Shown here: positions 34,180 through 44,595 of the stretch, piece by piece
Numbering within the stretch: the stretch's first letter is position 1
How the letters are laid out: every line of letters starts with the position of its first letter
DNA from: Gammaproteobacteria bacterium
GTDB taxonomy: Bacteria > Pseudomonadota > Gammaproteobacteria > UBA4575
DNA: 64,000 nucleotides
NCBI GenBank assembly: GCA_965221955.1
Contig: CBDCTA010000017.1
Location: forward strand, 1 to 64,000
Reading direction: 5' to 3'
Position numbers and translations under genes: made by a program
The notes under the pieces: model-generated
Seen by the model: only the letters and a program-made list of their open reading frames with translations
The model's database searches: none
Told to the model about the DNA's origin: nothing

Positions 34180-35601
34180 ATGAAGAAGAAGCTATTCAAT
34201 AAAAATGCTTTAGTCATAAGTATATTGGCTTTTTTTATCGTCGCATGTTCACACGCCCCAACAAAATCTGATCTTACGAATATAACGAATACTAGCAAAA
34301 TAGTTTTTACCACAACGACACAAAAACCAGATTTAATTATTCCACCAGCAAGTAATTTACTTAATCACAACATAACTAAAAATAACACAAAAGATCGTCT
34401 TATTTGGGAACATATAAGTGACAGTCTTGAACTCACGAAATTTTATTCCCACCCGCACGTTATCAAACAACAAGAAAAATATTTAGCTGAAAGCGAATAT
34501 TTATCTATAGTCAGTAAACGCTCAGAGCCATTTATTCATTTTGTTTTAACTGAAGTTAAAAAGCGCAAGATGCCAGCCGAGCTTGCGATTTTACCTATCG
34601 TTGAGAGTGGCTATTATCCTCGCGCCCGCTCGCGCGCAAAGGCTGAGGGTTTGTGGCAAATCATGCCGTATACCGGCAAGGAATTAGGGCTCAAACACAC
34701 GTATCAATACGATGGGCGTCACGATGTATATGCTGCGACTTCTGCAGCTCTCGATTATCTAGAACAAATGCATCGCCGTTTTGATGGTGACTGGTTACTA
34801 GCTCTAGCGGCTTATAATGCAGGTCCGCATCGCGTTAAGCGCGCGCTTCAACACTCAATACATTCGAAAAACGAAAATTCATATTGGGATTTGCATTTGC
34901 CTCGCGAAACACGTCAATACATTCCAAAAATTTTGGCATTAAGTGCAATCGTTCAGAACGAAGAATTTAGTGACACCTTATTGTACCCAATTGCTGATAA
35001 GCCTTACTTACAAACCATCCAGCTTTCGAAACGAATTTCTCCAGCTAAGTTAGTCCATGCTACAGATGTAAGTGAAAGTGAAATAAAATTACTTAACCCT
35101 GCATTACGAAATTTGAACACCCCAATCCATGCTGGATATCACTTGCTTGTACCAAAGCATGACGCCGAATTTTTATCTCTTGCAATTGAAAAGATGCCAG
35201 AAGATACGCAACCTGTTTTAGCAAAACATATAATCAATCGCGGTGAATCGTTAAGTACTATCGCACATCGTTACGGCACTAGTGTAATTGCTTTACGTGA
35301 GGCAAATAATTTATATAGCAACACCATTGTGGCTGGACACTCATTATTCGTGCCTTCGACATCAGATGCAGAAATTATTAAATCCTCCAACAAACCAAAA
35401 CAACCAAAATCTCCCATACAACGCTCTGCCAACAATACGAACAAATCAATCGCAGAACCCTATATGTATGTTGTCGCCATGGGGGATAGCTTTTGGAAAA
35501 TTGCCCATCGCAATAACACTACAGTTCAACGCCTATATAAAATCAATGGTCGAAATGGTGATGAACCTCTACTCCCAGGTGAGACCATTCTGGTTGATTA
35601 G
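34180..35601 (+). CDS. mltD: LysM-containing lytic transglycosylase (MltD-like)
   Basis: PIVES, GLWQ, LAAYNAG, ETRQYIPK, two LysM domains, lipobox IVAC. Confidence 0.9.
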   Translation: MKKKLFNKNALVISILAFFIVACSHAPTKSDLTNITNTSKIVFTTTTQKPDLIIPPASNLLNHNITKNNTKDRLIWEHISDSLELTKFYSHPHVIKQQEKYLAESEYLSIVSKRSEPFIHFVLTEVKKRKMPAELAILPIVESGYYPRARSRAKAEGLWQIMPYTGKELGLKHTYQYDGRHDVYAATSAALDYLEQMHRRFDGDWLLALAAYNAGPHRVKRALQHSIHSKNENSYWDLHLPRETRQYIPKILALSAIVQNEEFSDTLLYPIADKPYLQTIQLSKRISPAKLVHATDVSESEIKLLNPALRNLNTPIHAGYHLLVPKHDAEFLSLAIEKMPEDTQPVLAKHIINRGESLSTIAHRYGTSVIALREANNLYSNTIVAGHSLFVPSTSDAEIIKSSNKPKQPKSPIQRSANNTNKSIAEPYMYVVAMGDSFWKIAHRNNTTVQRLYKINGRNGDEPLLPGETILVD

Positions 35602-35951
35602 CTTGTAAACCCTGCCCTCGCCCTGTTGCTTGGATGCTCTATGCCTGCTAAAACTGTGGATTCCTTACATAATCCACTGATTTTAATGGCATTACGTCCC
35701 TAAAATTAGATAACTCGTCGCGCTTTTTGCCAGCACTTATGGTGGCACTTGCTAGGTCTGTAGTATGCTCCAAGACCTTGAAATACCAATACAATCGCCG
35801 TGGAAATCACCTTCGCAAAGACGAAGTACATAGACCTGGAATCGTCATTATCCGCCATGAAGCAAATGGACCTTCTTAGCATTGCCCTAAAAGCAAATGA
35901 TAGACGCACGAGTTTTCTAAAACTTCTCGCCTACATATAACCAAAATTCAA

Positions 35952-37477
35952 ATGCTCAGAGAAAATAAAATCGACATGAAGTGGTTTGCATTGAGCTTGC
36001 TGGGTGTAGTGTTAGTCGCCACAGTATTATGGAACTTGAGCATTTCCCCATTGATTACCCAAGTTACGATAATTGTTTTAATTTCTATAATTTCGCTCAG
36101 CTGGGCTTTTCTGGGTACACCTTCTTCCAGCAATCCACAATCTAAGCACAACGATATTTCATATAGATTTGAATCGCGCAATAGTGATCGTAGTGTTGGT
36201 CTTAAACTACAAGGGTTAGGTCAACTCAATTTAGCTTTTGAAAAATTTAAACAATGTCCACATAACCATGACACGGCAAATTTAATTTATAACTTAGCAA
36301 GCGATTTTCAAATCAAAGGTGAACCAGAAAATGCTAAAAAAGCATTTTTATACATTGCAAATTTTGCAGCCAAACTTCAAAGACATTCAGGAGCGAATTG
36401 CATCCTTTAACAGCGATCTTATCTTACTTAGAACCTAACGAAGAACAGGTAGATGCCATTTCTGTAATTGCAGCACTACTTCAAACTCAACAAAATGCAC
36501 CTGAAAATACGGAAGCGAACCTACTTCTAGCGGACCAATCTACTATTATCGAAAAAGCGATTGAAACAGATAAAACGTTAATCATCGCCCCTGATGCAGA
36601 GCCAGAAGAGGAGGAAGTAATTGCTGGCGAACTCAACGAATATCCTTCGCTTTACGGCAGTCGCTATAAAGTTAATAGTGTTCTAGGTCAGGGTACAACT
36701 GGGGCAGTATTTAAGGGCAAAGATATTGTTACTGATCAAATAGTAGCCATTAAAGTACTCAACCTATCCGATGAATTAGAAGAAAACCAACTAGACGAAT
36801 ATAAATTCCGTTTTCATCGAGAAATCGAAACTGCTGGCAATTTAAGCCACCCTAATATCGTTAAAATACTGGATAGCGGCGAAACCGAAGGCTATGCCTA
36901 TATTGCCATGGAATACGTAGATGGCATTAATTTACGCAATTATGCACGCGCTGATCAATTACTCCACCCTAGGACTGTGCTCAAAATAATTGCCCAGTGT
37001 GCTGATGCACTTGCCTATTCTCACAAGCAAGACCTAATCCACCGTGATATCAAACCAGCAAATATCATATATAACAAAACCGATGATTACGTTAAGCTTA
37101 CGGACTTTGGTATAGCAAGAATTCCTGATTCTACACGAACTCGTGCAGGGTCTATTTTGGGAACGCCTTTATATATGTCACCAGAGCAACTTGCGGGGGA
37201 GAAATTAGATGCACGCTCTGATCTATATTCTTTAGGAGTCACTCTATACCATTTACTAACTGGCTCACCGCCGTTTCGACCTAAAACTATGGCCGAGTTA
37301 ATGCGCTCTATCACACAAGAACAACACAAAGATATTGCTGAAATTAATCCTGACATACCTTCGTGCATTGCATGGTCAGTAAATAAAGCCTTAGAAAAAG
37401 ATCCTGATAAACGCTTCCAGTCAGCTGCAAGCATGGCCAACAAACTTCGCGAATGCGAGATGATGATAGATAATTAA
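35952..37477 (+). CDS. membrane-anchored Hanks-type Ser/Thr kinase (ORFs 35952..36410 and 36398..37477 are probably one frameshifted gene)
   Basis: N-terminal 2 TM plus TPR-like LGQLNLAFEKF...LIYNLA; kinase motifs GQGTTG, VAIK, HRDIKPAN, DFG, GTPLYMSPE; an intermediate frame reads QPNFKDIQERI across the junction. Confidence 0.85.
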
Positions 37478-37478
37478 T

Positions 37479-38306
37479 ATGGATCTTAAAGGCATCTTAG
37501 ATATCGCAGGTCGCTCGAACACAGGGTTGGTACGTTCTAATAACGAAGACAAAATTGGTGAAGATCAAGAAATTGGTTTAGTCGTACTTGCTGATGGTAT
37601 GGGGGGTTACAAAAGCGGTGAAGTTGCAAGTGAAATTGCAGTCAACACGATTCTTGAAGAACTCCGTAAATCCGTACCTGATTTAACGCCTGGCGAAATA
37701 GATGAGCAAACAGGCTATACAAAAGAAAGTTTAGCAGCGAGAAATTCAATCGTAAAAGCGAATGAAGCGATTTTTTCCATGAGTAGCAGCGAAGCTCAGT
37801 ATCGCGGCATGGGAACAACATTAGTCATGGGTATTTTTTACGATAACCAAATTACCATTGCACACGTTGGTGACTCAAGAATGTATCGTTACCGTGATAA
37901 TAAATTACAACAAATAACAGTTGACCATACCTTACTACAAGAATTAGTTGACCGTGGTTTTTACACACAAGAAGAAGCAAACACCTCGCTGAATAAAAAC
38001 TTAGTCACTCGAGCACTAGGCATTGAAGGCAGCATTGCGGTAGACATCAAAGAAGATTTGGCGATGCCTGGCGATATCTATTTGCTGTGTTCCGACGGTC
38101 TGACAGATATGGTCGATGATCAGGAAATTCATGCCACCGTAACGGCGTTTAGGGATAATCTTGATCAGTTGGCTGACAAGCTTGTCGCGATAGCCAATAA
38201 CAATGGAGGCCGGGACAATGTCTCGGTTTTATTAGCGCAACCTAATAAAGAATTCCCCGGAAAGAAAAACTGGAAGTCAAAGTTCGGTAAGTTATTAGCG
38301 AAGTAA
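37479..38306 (+). CDS. PP2C (Stp1-like) Ser/Thr phosphatase
   Basis: RSNNED, LADGMGG, AHVGDSR, CSDGL, GGRDN. Confidence 0.94.
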   Translation: MDLKGILDIAGRSNTGLVRSNNEDKIGEDQEIGLVVLADGMGGYKSGEVASEIAVNTILEELRKSVPDLTPGEIDEQTGYTKESLAARNSIVKANEAIFSMSSSEAQYRGMGTTLVMGIFYDNQITIAHVGDSRMYRYRDNKLQQITVDHTLLQELVDRGFYTQEEANTSLNKNLVTRALGIEGSIAVDIKEDLAMPGDIYLLCSDGLTDMVDDQEIHATVTAFRDNLDQLADKLVAIANNNGGRDNVSVLLAQPNKEFPGKKNWKSKFGKLLAK

Positions 38307-38309
38307 GTT

Positions 38310-39203
38310 ATGAGTACGCCTAAGTTAATTGTAAGCATTGATGAAAAAGTTGTAGATGAAGTTCCTATCGAAAAGGAAACCATAACAATTGGTAGACGCA
38401 CTGATAATGATATTTGCTTAGATAACCTAGCAATCAGCGGTTATCATTCTCAAATTAGCACAGTCTTAGATGACTGTTTTTTAGAAGATTTAAATAGCAC
38501 GAATGGCACATTCGTAAATTCCAAAATCGTAAAAAAGCATGCGCTTAAAGATGGCGATATTATCGATATCGGCAATCATAGAATTAAATATGTGAACCAT
38601 CTTGCCACCACTTCAGCAAATAATGAGTTTGAAAAAACTCTTATCATGACTGCAAACTCAGAAAGGAATAACAACCTATCTGATGAACAAGACATAAGCA
38701 ATTTAGAAAAAGAAATTAATTCACTTGAAGAAGATATAGTCGATGCAACAAACGAAGATGAAGTAAATGATCTTTTAGATTCAGCAATAAACTCATCTCG
38801 CGAAGATATTGATAAAGTAATTTCTAGCCCTAAAGATCACTCTCTTGAACTTTCTGAAGAAGATGATGGTGACACCCAAGAAACAGAAGATGCCAAAATT
38901 GATACTGAATTTAATTCACAACCACCTGCTACTGTAAGTATCGGGCGAATTCAAATTCTAAATGGTAAAAATAGTGGTAAAGAAATCACCTTAGACAAAT
39001 CTTTAACAACAGTAGGCAAACCTGATGTTGCAGTCGTTGGTATCACAAAACGTAATCAAGGCTATTTTATTATCCACATTGATGGTAATCCTGATACACC
39101 TTCAAAACTAAACGGCGAAGCAATTGTTGGCAAAGCCCAACCTATAGAAGACCACGACATCATTGATGTTGCAGGAATTAAGTTAGAATTCTTTGTCGAA
39201 TGA
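38310..39203 (+). CDS. tandem FHA-domain protein with acidic linker
   Basis: IGRRTDND, ISGYH, DLNSTNGT (canonical FHA), plus a degenerate C-terminal FHA. Confidence 0.92.
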   Translation: MSTPKLIVSIDEKVVDEVPIEKETITIGRRTDNDICLDNLAISGYHSQISTVLDDCFLEDLNSTNGTFVNSKIVKKHALKDGDIIDIGNHRIKYVNHLATTSANNEFEKTLIMTANSERNNNLSDEQDISNLEKEINSLEEDIVDATNEDEVNDLLDSAINSSREDIDKVISSPKDHSLELSEEDDGDTQETEDAKIDTEFNSQPPATVSIGRIQILNGKNSGKEITLDKSLTTVGKPDVAVVGITKRNQGYFIIHIDGNPDTPSKLNGEAIVGKAQPIEDHDIIDVAGIKLEFFVE

Positions 39204-39232
39204 TTGCAGCGATACTTGGACAGATCTAAATG

Positions 39233-39257
39233 AAAGCCAGCGTATGCTGGCTTTTTT
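39233..39257 (+). terminator. rho-independent terminator of the kinase/PP2C/FHA operon
   Basis: AAAGCCAGC-GTAT-GCTGGCTTTTTT. Confidence 0.85.
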
Positions 39258-39261
39258 GATG

Positions 39262-39289
39262 ATGACTGCTTTAGGCCAATAGCAGTCAT
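39262..39289. repeat. 28-bp palindromic site P3
   Basis: ATGACTGCT-TTAGGCCAAT-AGCAGTCAT. Confidence 0.88.
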
Positions 39290-39358
39290 TCAATCCAATG
39301 AATTTTCAGTATGAAATACTGATAAATAAATTAAGCCCAATAGTTATTAATTTATATC

Positions 39359-40199
39359 TCATTTAATCTCAGATAAAAGATCAGGATTTGTGACTAGCTT
39401 TCTTACCCCCATGAGCATGATCTTCTTTAAATACATTATCATTACACCACTTTCCAAGTGTATTAATATCTAACTTGGCGCACTTAGGACGAACACTCCA
39501 AGTGACTTGTAGTGGAGAGCAGACCTGTTCTGTGTATTTAGGACCTGTCGTAGAACCCAAGAATTCTATGGGCTTCCCTGTATTGGCTGGAATCATCTTA
39601 GCTTGATGCAAACCATTTACTTTATTTCCTTCATAAGATATGTCATTAAAATCAAGTGCAGAATTATCATTCACAAGCGTAAATACTTGCGTCTCAACTC
39701 GTAGATTTGGATTTGCACAACTCTCTGATAAGCATGATCCCAAGCCTTGGCCTGGCATTACATCACATGAACTATGTACCCAATGTACTTCAATCGTGTC
39801 TCCAGGATTTAAACCTTTACATACCGTGTCTCCAGGTGGCATCAATTCTGTTTTGCTGAGTGATTGACTTATATTGCACTTATATCCTCCTCCAGATCCG
39901 TTTTCACCATCACCCGCAAAAATTGAGAATGCCTCTGCCTTATGTTCCGCATTATTATGGAAATGTATATTGCACAAATTCATTTCTTTATAATTGGGCG
40001 CTAATGCAAAAACTCTTTTGTTTGTACCAACAACGCTATCAATATCTCTAGGTGTTTGTGGCCCATAGCCTTGACATGCAGTCGCTTTGATATCATTTGA
40101 ATGTAATTCAGCATCAGGGAGCTCTTCTTCACCGATACAAACTATTGGTAGTGAAATTAAGAGAGATGTAATTAATGTTTTAATATTTAGATGCCTCAT
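39359..40199 (-). CDS. secreted delta-class carbonic anhydrase-like protein (C-terminal 1-bp frameshift at the C-run 39406-39410)
   Basis: GPQTPRDI, CNIHFH..AEHK, IEVHWVHS, GSTTGP, CSPLQVTWSVR, DHAHG; removing one base gives HAHGVRKLVTNPDLLSEIK*. Confidence 0.82.
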
Positions 40200-40235
40200 T
40201 TTTAGTTCCTAATAGTATTTAAAGTTTATTCGATA

Positions 40236-40360
40236 ATGTTCGCTTTGGGTCGATAGAAATTTGCTCCTCGACAATTGCTTCCTGCATTGCTCTACCTTCT
40301 GCATCCATGCAGTCGTACAATTTCTGCACTTCCACCCTCCATGGTGGTCGTAGCAGTCAT
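40236..40360. repeat. palindromic site P4, split by a ~95-bp GGA-hairpin insert
   Basis: ATGTTCGCTTTGGGTCGATAG (40236-40256) ... TAGCAGTCAT (40351-40360); the insert shares GCACTTCCACCCTCCATGGYGGTCGT with 56335-56360. Confidence 0.8.
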
Positions 40361-40383
40361 TTTGAGCCTATACTTTGAATTCT

Positions 40384-40441
40384 CCAACCTGATCATATTT
40401 CTAAATCACTTAACTCTAATCTGTTCACATCATCCAAGATG
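40384..40441 (-). repeat. second copy of the conserved 'platform'
   Basis: CCAACCTG-N7-TTCTA-N2-TCA-N4-ACTCTAATCTGTT..CATC-N6-GATG, colinear with 17129-17185. Confidence 0.85.
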
Positions 40442-40447
40442 CGTCTC

Positions 40448-42169
40448 TTATTCGCGTGTCCCTACGCTCACTTCCATTCGCTCAGGTGGGGCCAACTTAG
40501 GAACCGCTGCTAATAATTTCTTTGTGTATTCATGCTGAGGATTCGTCAACACTTGCTCCACCTCGCCTTGCTCTACAATTTTACCTTGATACATCACTGC
40601 TACACGGTCGGCAAAATAGGCCACGACGGACATGTTGTGGGTAATAAACAAGTAACTGATTCCAAATCGTGCTTGAAGATCATTTAATAAATCCAAAATT
40701 TGTGCTTGCACTGAAACATCTAATGCACTAGTCGGTTCATCACAAATAATTATTTTTGGATTTACTGCTAAGGCTCTGGCAATACATATGCGCTGGCGTT
40801 GACCGCCCGAAAATTCATGTGGATATCGTAAGTGTGCATCTTTTGATAAACCCACTTGTTCTAATAATTCCAACACACGCTTTTTTCTACCTTCAGAATT
40901 TGGCACTACATTTAATGCCTTCATTCCTTCTTCAATAATATCACCCACCAACATGCGTGGATTCATCGAAGAGTAAGGGTCTTGAAAAACGATTTGCAAA
41001 TTGGTGCGTTGTTCTAATAATTGTTTTTTATCAATTTTATGAATCGGCAAGCCTAAATAATGCACCTCTCCCGAAGTGGGCTGCACTAATCGCAAAACTC
41101 CTTTACCAACAGTAGTTTTGCCACTGCCTGACTCACCAACTAAGGCGACTGTATGACTAGGTGGAATTTCTAATGAAACGCCATCTACAGCTTTCACATA
41201 ACCCACTGTGTGTTTAAAAATTCCTTTTTTAATTGGAAAATGCACTTTCAAGTCATCTATCTTTAATGTTTCGTCTTGCTTACTTGCATGAGTGCTTTGA
41301 GAACTATCATGCTGTTTGTCTATTCCATTACTTGCAAGTAATGGCTTGCCTCGTTTCTCCATCGCTGGCAATGCCGCAAACAAGTCCCAGCTATATTGAT
41401 GTTGCGGTGAAGAGAAAAAGATTTCATTACTAGATTGCTCTACAATTTTTCCTTGCTTCATTACTGCTACATGATCTGCTACTTGTTTCACCACGGCTAA
41501 ATCATGAGTAATGAACAAAATAGCCATTTTGAATTTTTCTTGTAGTTCATTAATCAAATCCAAAACCCGTGCTTGAATGGTTACATCCAAAGCCGTAGTA
41601 GGTTCATCTGCAATAAGAAGTTTTGGTTCACAAGCTAAGGCTATCGCAATCATTACACGCTGTTTCATTCCTCCAGACAACTCATGCGCAAACGTGTCAA
41701 TAGTGTGCGATGGATCTTTGATATTCACCGCATCGAGCAAATCTAAAGCTCGTTGCCACGCCTGTTTTTTGCTCATATTTTTATGACGGATGAGTACTTC
41801 AGAAATTTGTTTCCCAACTTTTACAACTGGATTAAGTGATGTCATCGGTTCTTGGAAAATCATCGAAATTCCACTGCCACGAATATCACGCATTTCACGC
41901 TCAGGTAACGTCAGCAAATCTTTGCCATCAAAATATACTGACCCTGACGTAACCCGCGCGGCCTCAGGAAGTAGACGAATTACGGATAATGCCGATACAG
42001 ATTTGCCACTACCTGATTCACCCACCAGAGCAAACGTTTCACCACGTTGCACCTCAAAACTAATATTATCTACTGCGGTAACTTTGCGTTGTCCAGTATC
42101 AAACACCGTTGTTAAATTTTCTACTCTCAACAAAGGTTGCTTTTGATCAGTAGTATTTTCGCTGCTCAT
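40448..42169 (-). CDS. peptide ABC transporter, fused double ATPase
   Basis: Two GESGSGK Walker A motifs, LSGGMKQR and [12 protein letters not shown]. Confidence 0.95.
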   Translation of the reverse strand: MSSENTTDQKQPLLRVENLTTVFDTGQRKVTAVDNISFEVQRGETFALVGESGSGKSVSALSVIRLLPEAARVTSGSVYFDGKDLLTLPEREMRDIRGSGISMIFQEPMTSLNPVVKVGKQISEVLIRHKNMSKKQAWQRALDLLDAVNIKDPSHTIDTFAHELSGGMKQRVMIAIALACEPKLLIADEPTTALDVTIQARVLDLINELQEKFKMAILFITHDLAVVKQVADHVAVMKQGKIVEQSSNEIFFSSPQHQYSWDLFAALPAMEKRGKPLLASNGIDKQHDSSQSTHASKQDETLKIDDLKVHFPIKKGIFKHTVGYVKAVDGVSLEIPPSHTVALVGESGSGKTTVGKGVLRLVQPTSGEVHYLGLPIHKIDKKQLLEQRTNLQIVFQDPYSSMNPRMLVGDIIEEGMKALNVVPNSEGRKKRVLELLEQVGLSKDAHLRYPHEFSGGQRQRICIARALAVNPKIIICDEPTSALDVSVQAQILDLLNDLQARFGISYLFITHNMSVVAYFADRVAVMYQGKIVEQGEVEQVLTNPQHEYTKKLLAAVPKLAPPERMEVSVGTRE

Positions 42170-42190
42170 TCTGATATATAGATTATTTAA

Positions 42191-43597
42191 TTATCGTTTT
42201 GCGATTCTAGGATCTAATGCATCACGTACAACATCGGCAAACAAATTAGCAAATAACACCAAAGTAAACATGAAAAATAATGAAGCTGCTAATGACCACC
42301 ACACCACTGGCTCACGCGCCATTTCAAGACGCGCACTATTGATCATATTGCCCCAACTATTCATTGTCGGGTCCACTCCAATGTTGATATAGGACAACAC
42401 TGCTTCTGCTAACACCAAGCCACTGAAATCCAGCACCAATGTGATCAAAACAATATGCATCATATTGGGCAAAATATGTCGAAAAATGGTTTGCCCTGAA
42501 CTCACACCAAACGCTGAAGCCGCTTGCACAAAATCCACTTCTCTTAATTTAAGTGTTTCAGCACGAAGCAACCGGCATAGTCCAGTCCAACTCGTTAATC
42601 CCAAAATAAGACATAGAAACAAGAGTCGAAGATCAGCACGTTGCGTCAAACTTGCAAATTCTTCTGCATGCTTACCCATATAAACATTTAGCATGAGAAC
42701 GGCTGCAGCTATCAGCAACACACCAGGTATGGAATTTAATGTGGTGTACAAATACTGAATAACATCATCAATCCAACCACGGAAATATCCCGCCATAATT
42801 CCAAGCGTGATGGCAAACGGCAGCATCAACAATGTTGTTAATGTGCCGATTACTACTCCGGTGCGAATACTCTTTAAAGCTTGATATAAAACATCTTCAC
42901 CAACCTTATCTGTACCTAGCACATGGTACTTTGTTGCCCACTCTGAACCGATCATTATCACTAGCAAAATTATTGCCAATGTAATCGCTGCTGTTCTCCA
43001 TGGAATTTCAGACTCTCCACGAGCTATAGTTTTAACAACATTGGCAAAGGTATTTTTGGTGCGAAAAACTAAAACAAAAGACAATAAAAGCATTAGGACA
43101 ATCCAAATCACAACAGCTTTTATCGAACCCGTCATTGCTAAATTAAAAATGTCAGTATTTTTTTCAGTCGCAGGGTCGTCTAAATGTTTGCCTCCCCAAA
43201 CTAAACGCGGATACTCTCTTTGTTTGGTTCCGTCTGCTAATTGCACCGTCTCTTTTGCAAACAAATACGCAGCAAAAGGTGCTGAATAAGTTTTTTCTGT
43301 ACTATTTCGTATTTCCAAAACCATACGATCAAATACACTATGAATTTCACCACTATATTGTGAATCATCGGTTGAATTTTCTAGTTTTGGATGAAAATGA
43401 ATGGAATCTAAAATGGCAATACCGATGTATAGCAGCAACACCATCATTGAGATCACACCTGCTTTATTACGCACCACTTGTCTCCATGGCTGGCGTAAAT
43501 GGGGTTTACGCATCGCATACACGAAAAAAGCAATGATGATAAACACCAACGCAAAGATAAGCAGATCAGTAATCAGGAAAACAGGCTTACCAAACAT
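42191..43597 (-). CDS. peptide ABC transporter permease (DppC/OppC-like)
   Basis: LGTDKVGED, EAA-like FVQAASAFG, HILPN, DALDPR. Confidence 0.92.
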   Translation of the reverse strand: MFGKPVFLITDLLIFALVFIIIAFFVYAMRKPHLRQPWRQVVRNKAGVISMMVLLLYIGIAILDSIHFHPKLENSTDDSQYSGEIHSVFDRMVLEIRNSTEKTYSAPFAAYLFAKETVQLADGTKQREYPRLVWGGKHLDDPATEKNTDIFNLAMTGSIKAVVIWIVLMLLLSFVLVFRTKNTFANVVKTIARGESEIPWRTAAITLAIILLVIMIGSEWATKYHVLGTDKVGEDVLYQALKSIRTGVVIGTLTTLLMLPFAITLGIMAGYFRGWIDDVIQYLYTTLNSIPGVLLIAAAVLMLNVYMGKHAEEFASLTQRADLRLLFLCLILGLTSWTGLCRLLRAETLKLREVDFVQAASAFGVSSGQTIFRHILPNMMHIVLITLVLDFSGLVLAEAVLSYINIGVDPTMNSWGNMINSARLEMAREPVVWWSLAASLFFMFTLVLFANLFADVVRDALDPRIAKR

Positions 43598-43617
43598 GAT
43601 CTAATTCACCCTCATAA

Positions 43618-44595
43618 CTAGTTCAACCTAACCCGAGGATCAACAATGGTGTACGAAATATCAGTCAGCAGTAAACCGATGATGTATAAAAATGCACCTA
43701 GAAAAACCATCGACCGTACAATTGAAAAGTCCTGTCGGTTAATTGCATCAATGGTATAGCTACCTAAACCAGGAATCCCAAAGAACGACTCCGTAATTAA
43801 ACTACCCATGAACAAAAGCGGCAGAATAACCACGACACCAGTAAGAATTGGAATTAATGCGTTCCTCAATACATGTTTGAATAACACCATTTGTTCTGAA
43901 ATACCTTTAGCACGCGCGGTGCGCACATAATCTTTATTAATTTCTTCCAAAAAGATCGTGCGATACCAACGTGTACTCGAACCAATACCTCCGACAATAC
44001 CAATCAGCACCGGAAGTACTAGAAACTTAATTCCAAATACGCCTTCTTCGAATCCAGAAATGGGTACTACACGCAAAATTTTACCCATAATGAATTGGCC
44101 ACCAATGATGTAAAACAAACTGGAAATCGACATCAACGCTACACATATAACGACCGCCCAATAATCAATATAGGTTCCACGAAAAAAAGCGATCAACAAA
44201 GCAAGCGTGATCGTTACCAATAAACCTATAATTAATTGTGGTACCGCAATTGCTAAGCTTGGCCACATACGCTGACTGATATCAAAACTAATATCACGGC
44301 CACTATCTGAACGTCCAAAATCAAATACAAACAAACGTATCGATTTTGTATAAAAAATAGTTTTTGTTATTTTTTCTGAACCTTCTTCTTCTGCATTATA
44401 AAAAAGTGGGTAGTGATAACCGCGTTCTGATTTCCAATCCTGAATTTGTTCTTCAGTGACATGCTTTTGCCCTAAAAACATGCGTGCCATATCATCAGGT
44501 GAATTCACAACGAAAAATAATAAAAAAGTAAGGATGTTTACACCGATTAATATTGGGATTGCATATAAAATGCGGCGGATGATATACGCAATCAT
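43618..44595 (-). CDS. peptide ABC transporter permease (DppB/OppB-like)
   Basis: DYVRTARAKG, HVLRNALIP, DPRVR. Confidence 0.94.
   Translation of the reverse strand: MIAYIIRRILYAIPILIGVNILTFLLFFVVNSPDDMARMFLGQKHVTEEQIQDWKSERGYHYPLFYNAEEEGSEKITKTIFYTKSIRLFVFDFGRSDSGRDISFDISQRMWPSLAIAVPQLIIGLLVTITLALLIAFFRGTYIDYWAVVICVALMSISSLFYIIGGQFIMGKILRVVPISGFEEGVFGIKFLVLPVLIGIVGGIGSSTRWYRTIFLEEINKDYVRTARAKGISEQMVLFKHVLRNALIPILTGVVVILPLLFMGSLITESFFGIPGLGSYTIDAINRQDFSIVRSMVFLGAFLYIIGLLLTDISYTIVDPRVRLN

Noticed and set aside
35686-35940. Remnant sensor (CHASE2) domain upstream of the kinase
   Set aside because: Only short open frames with no recognisable motif; cannot be supported.
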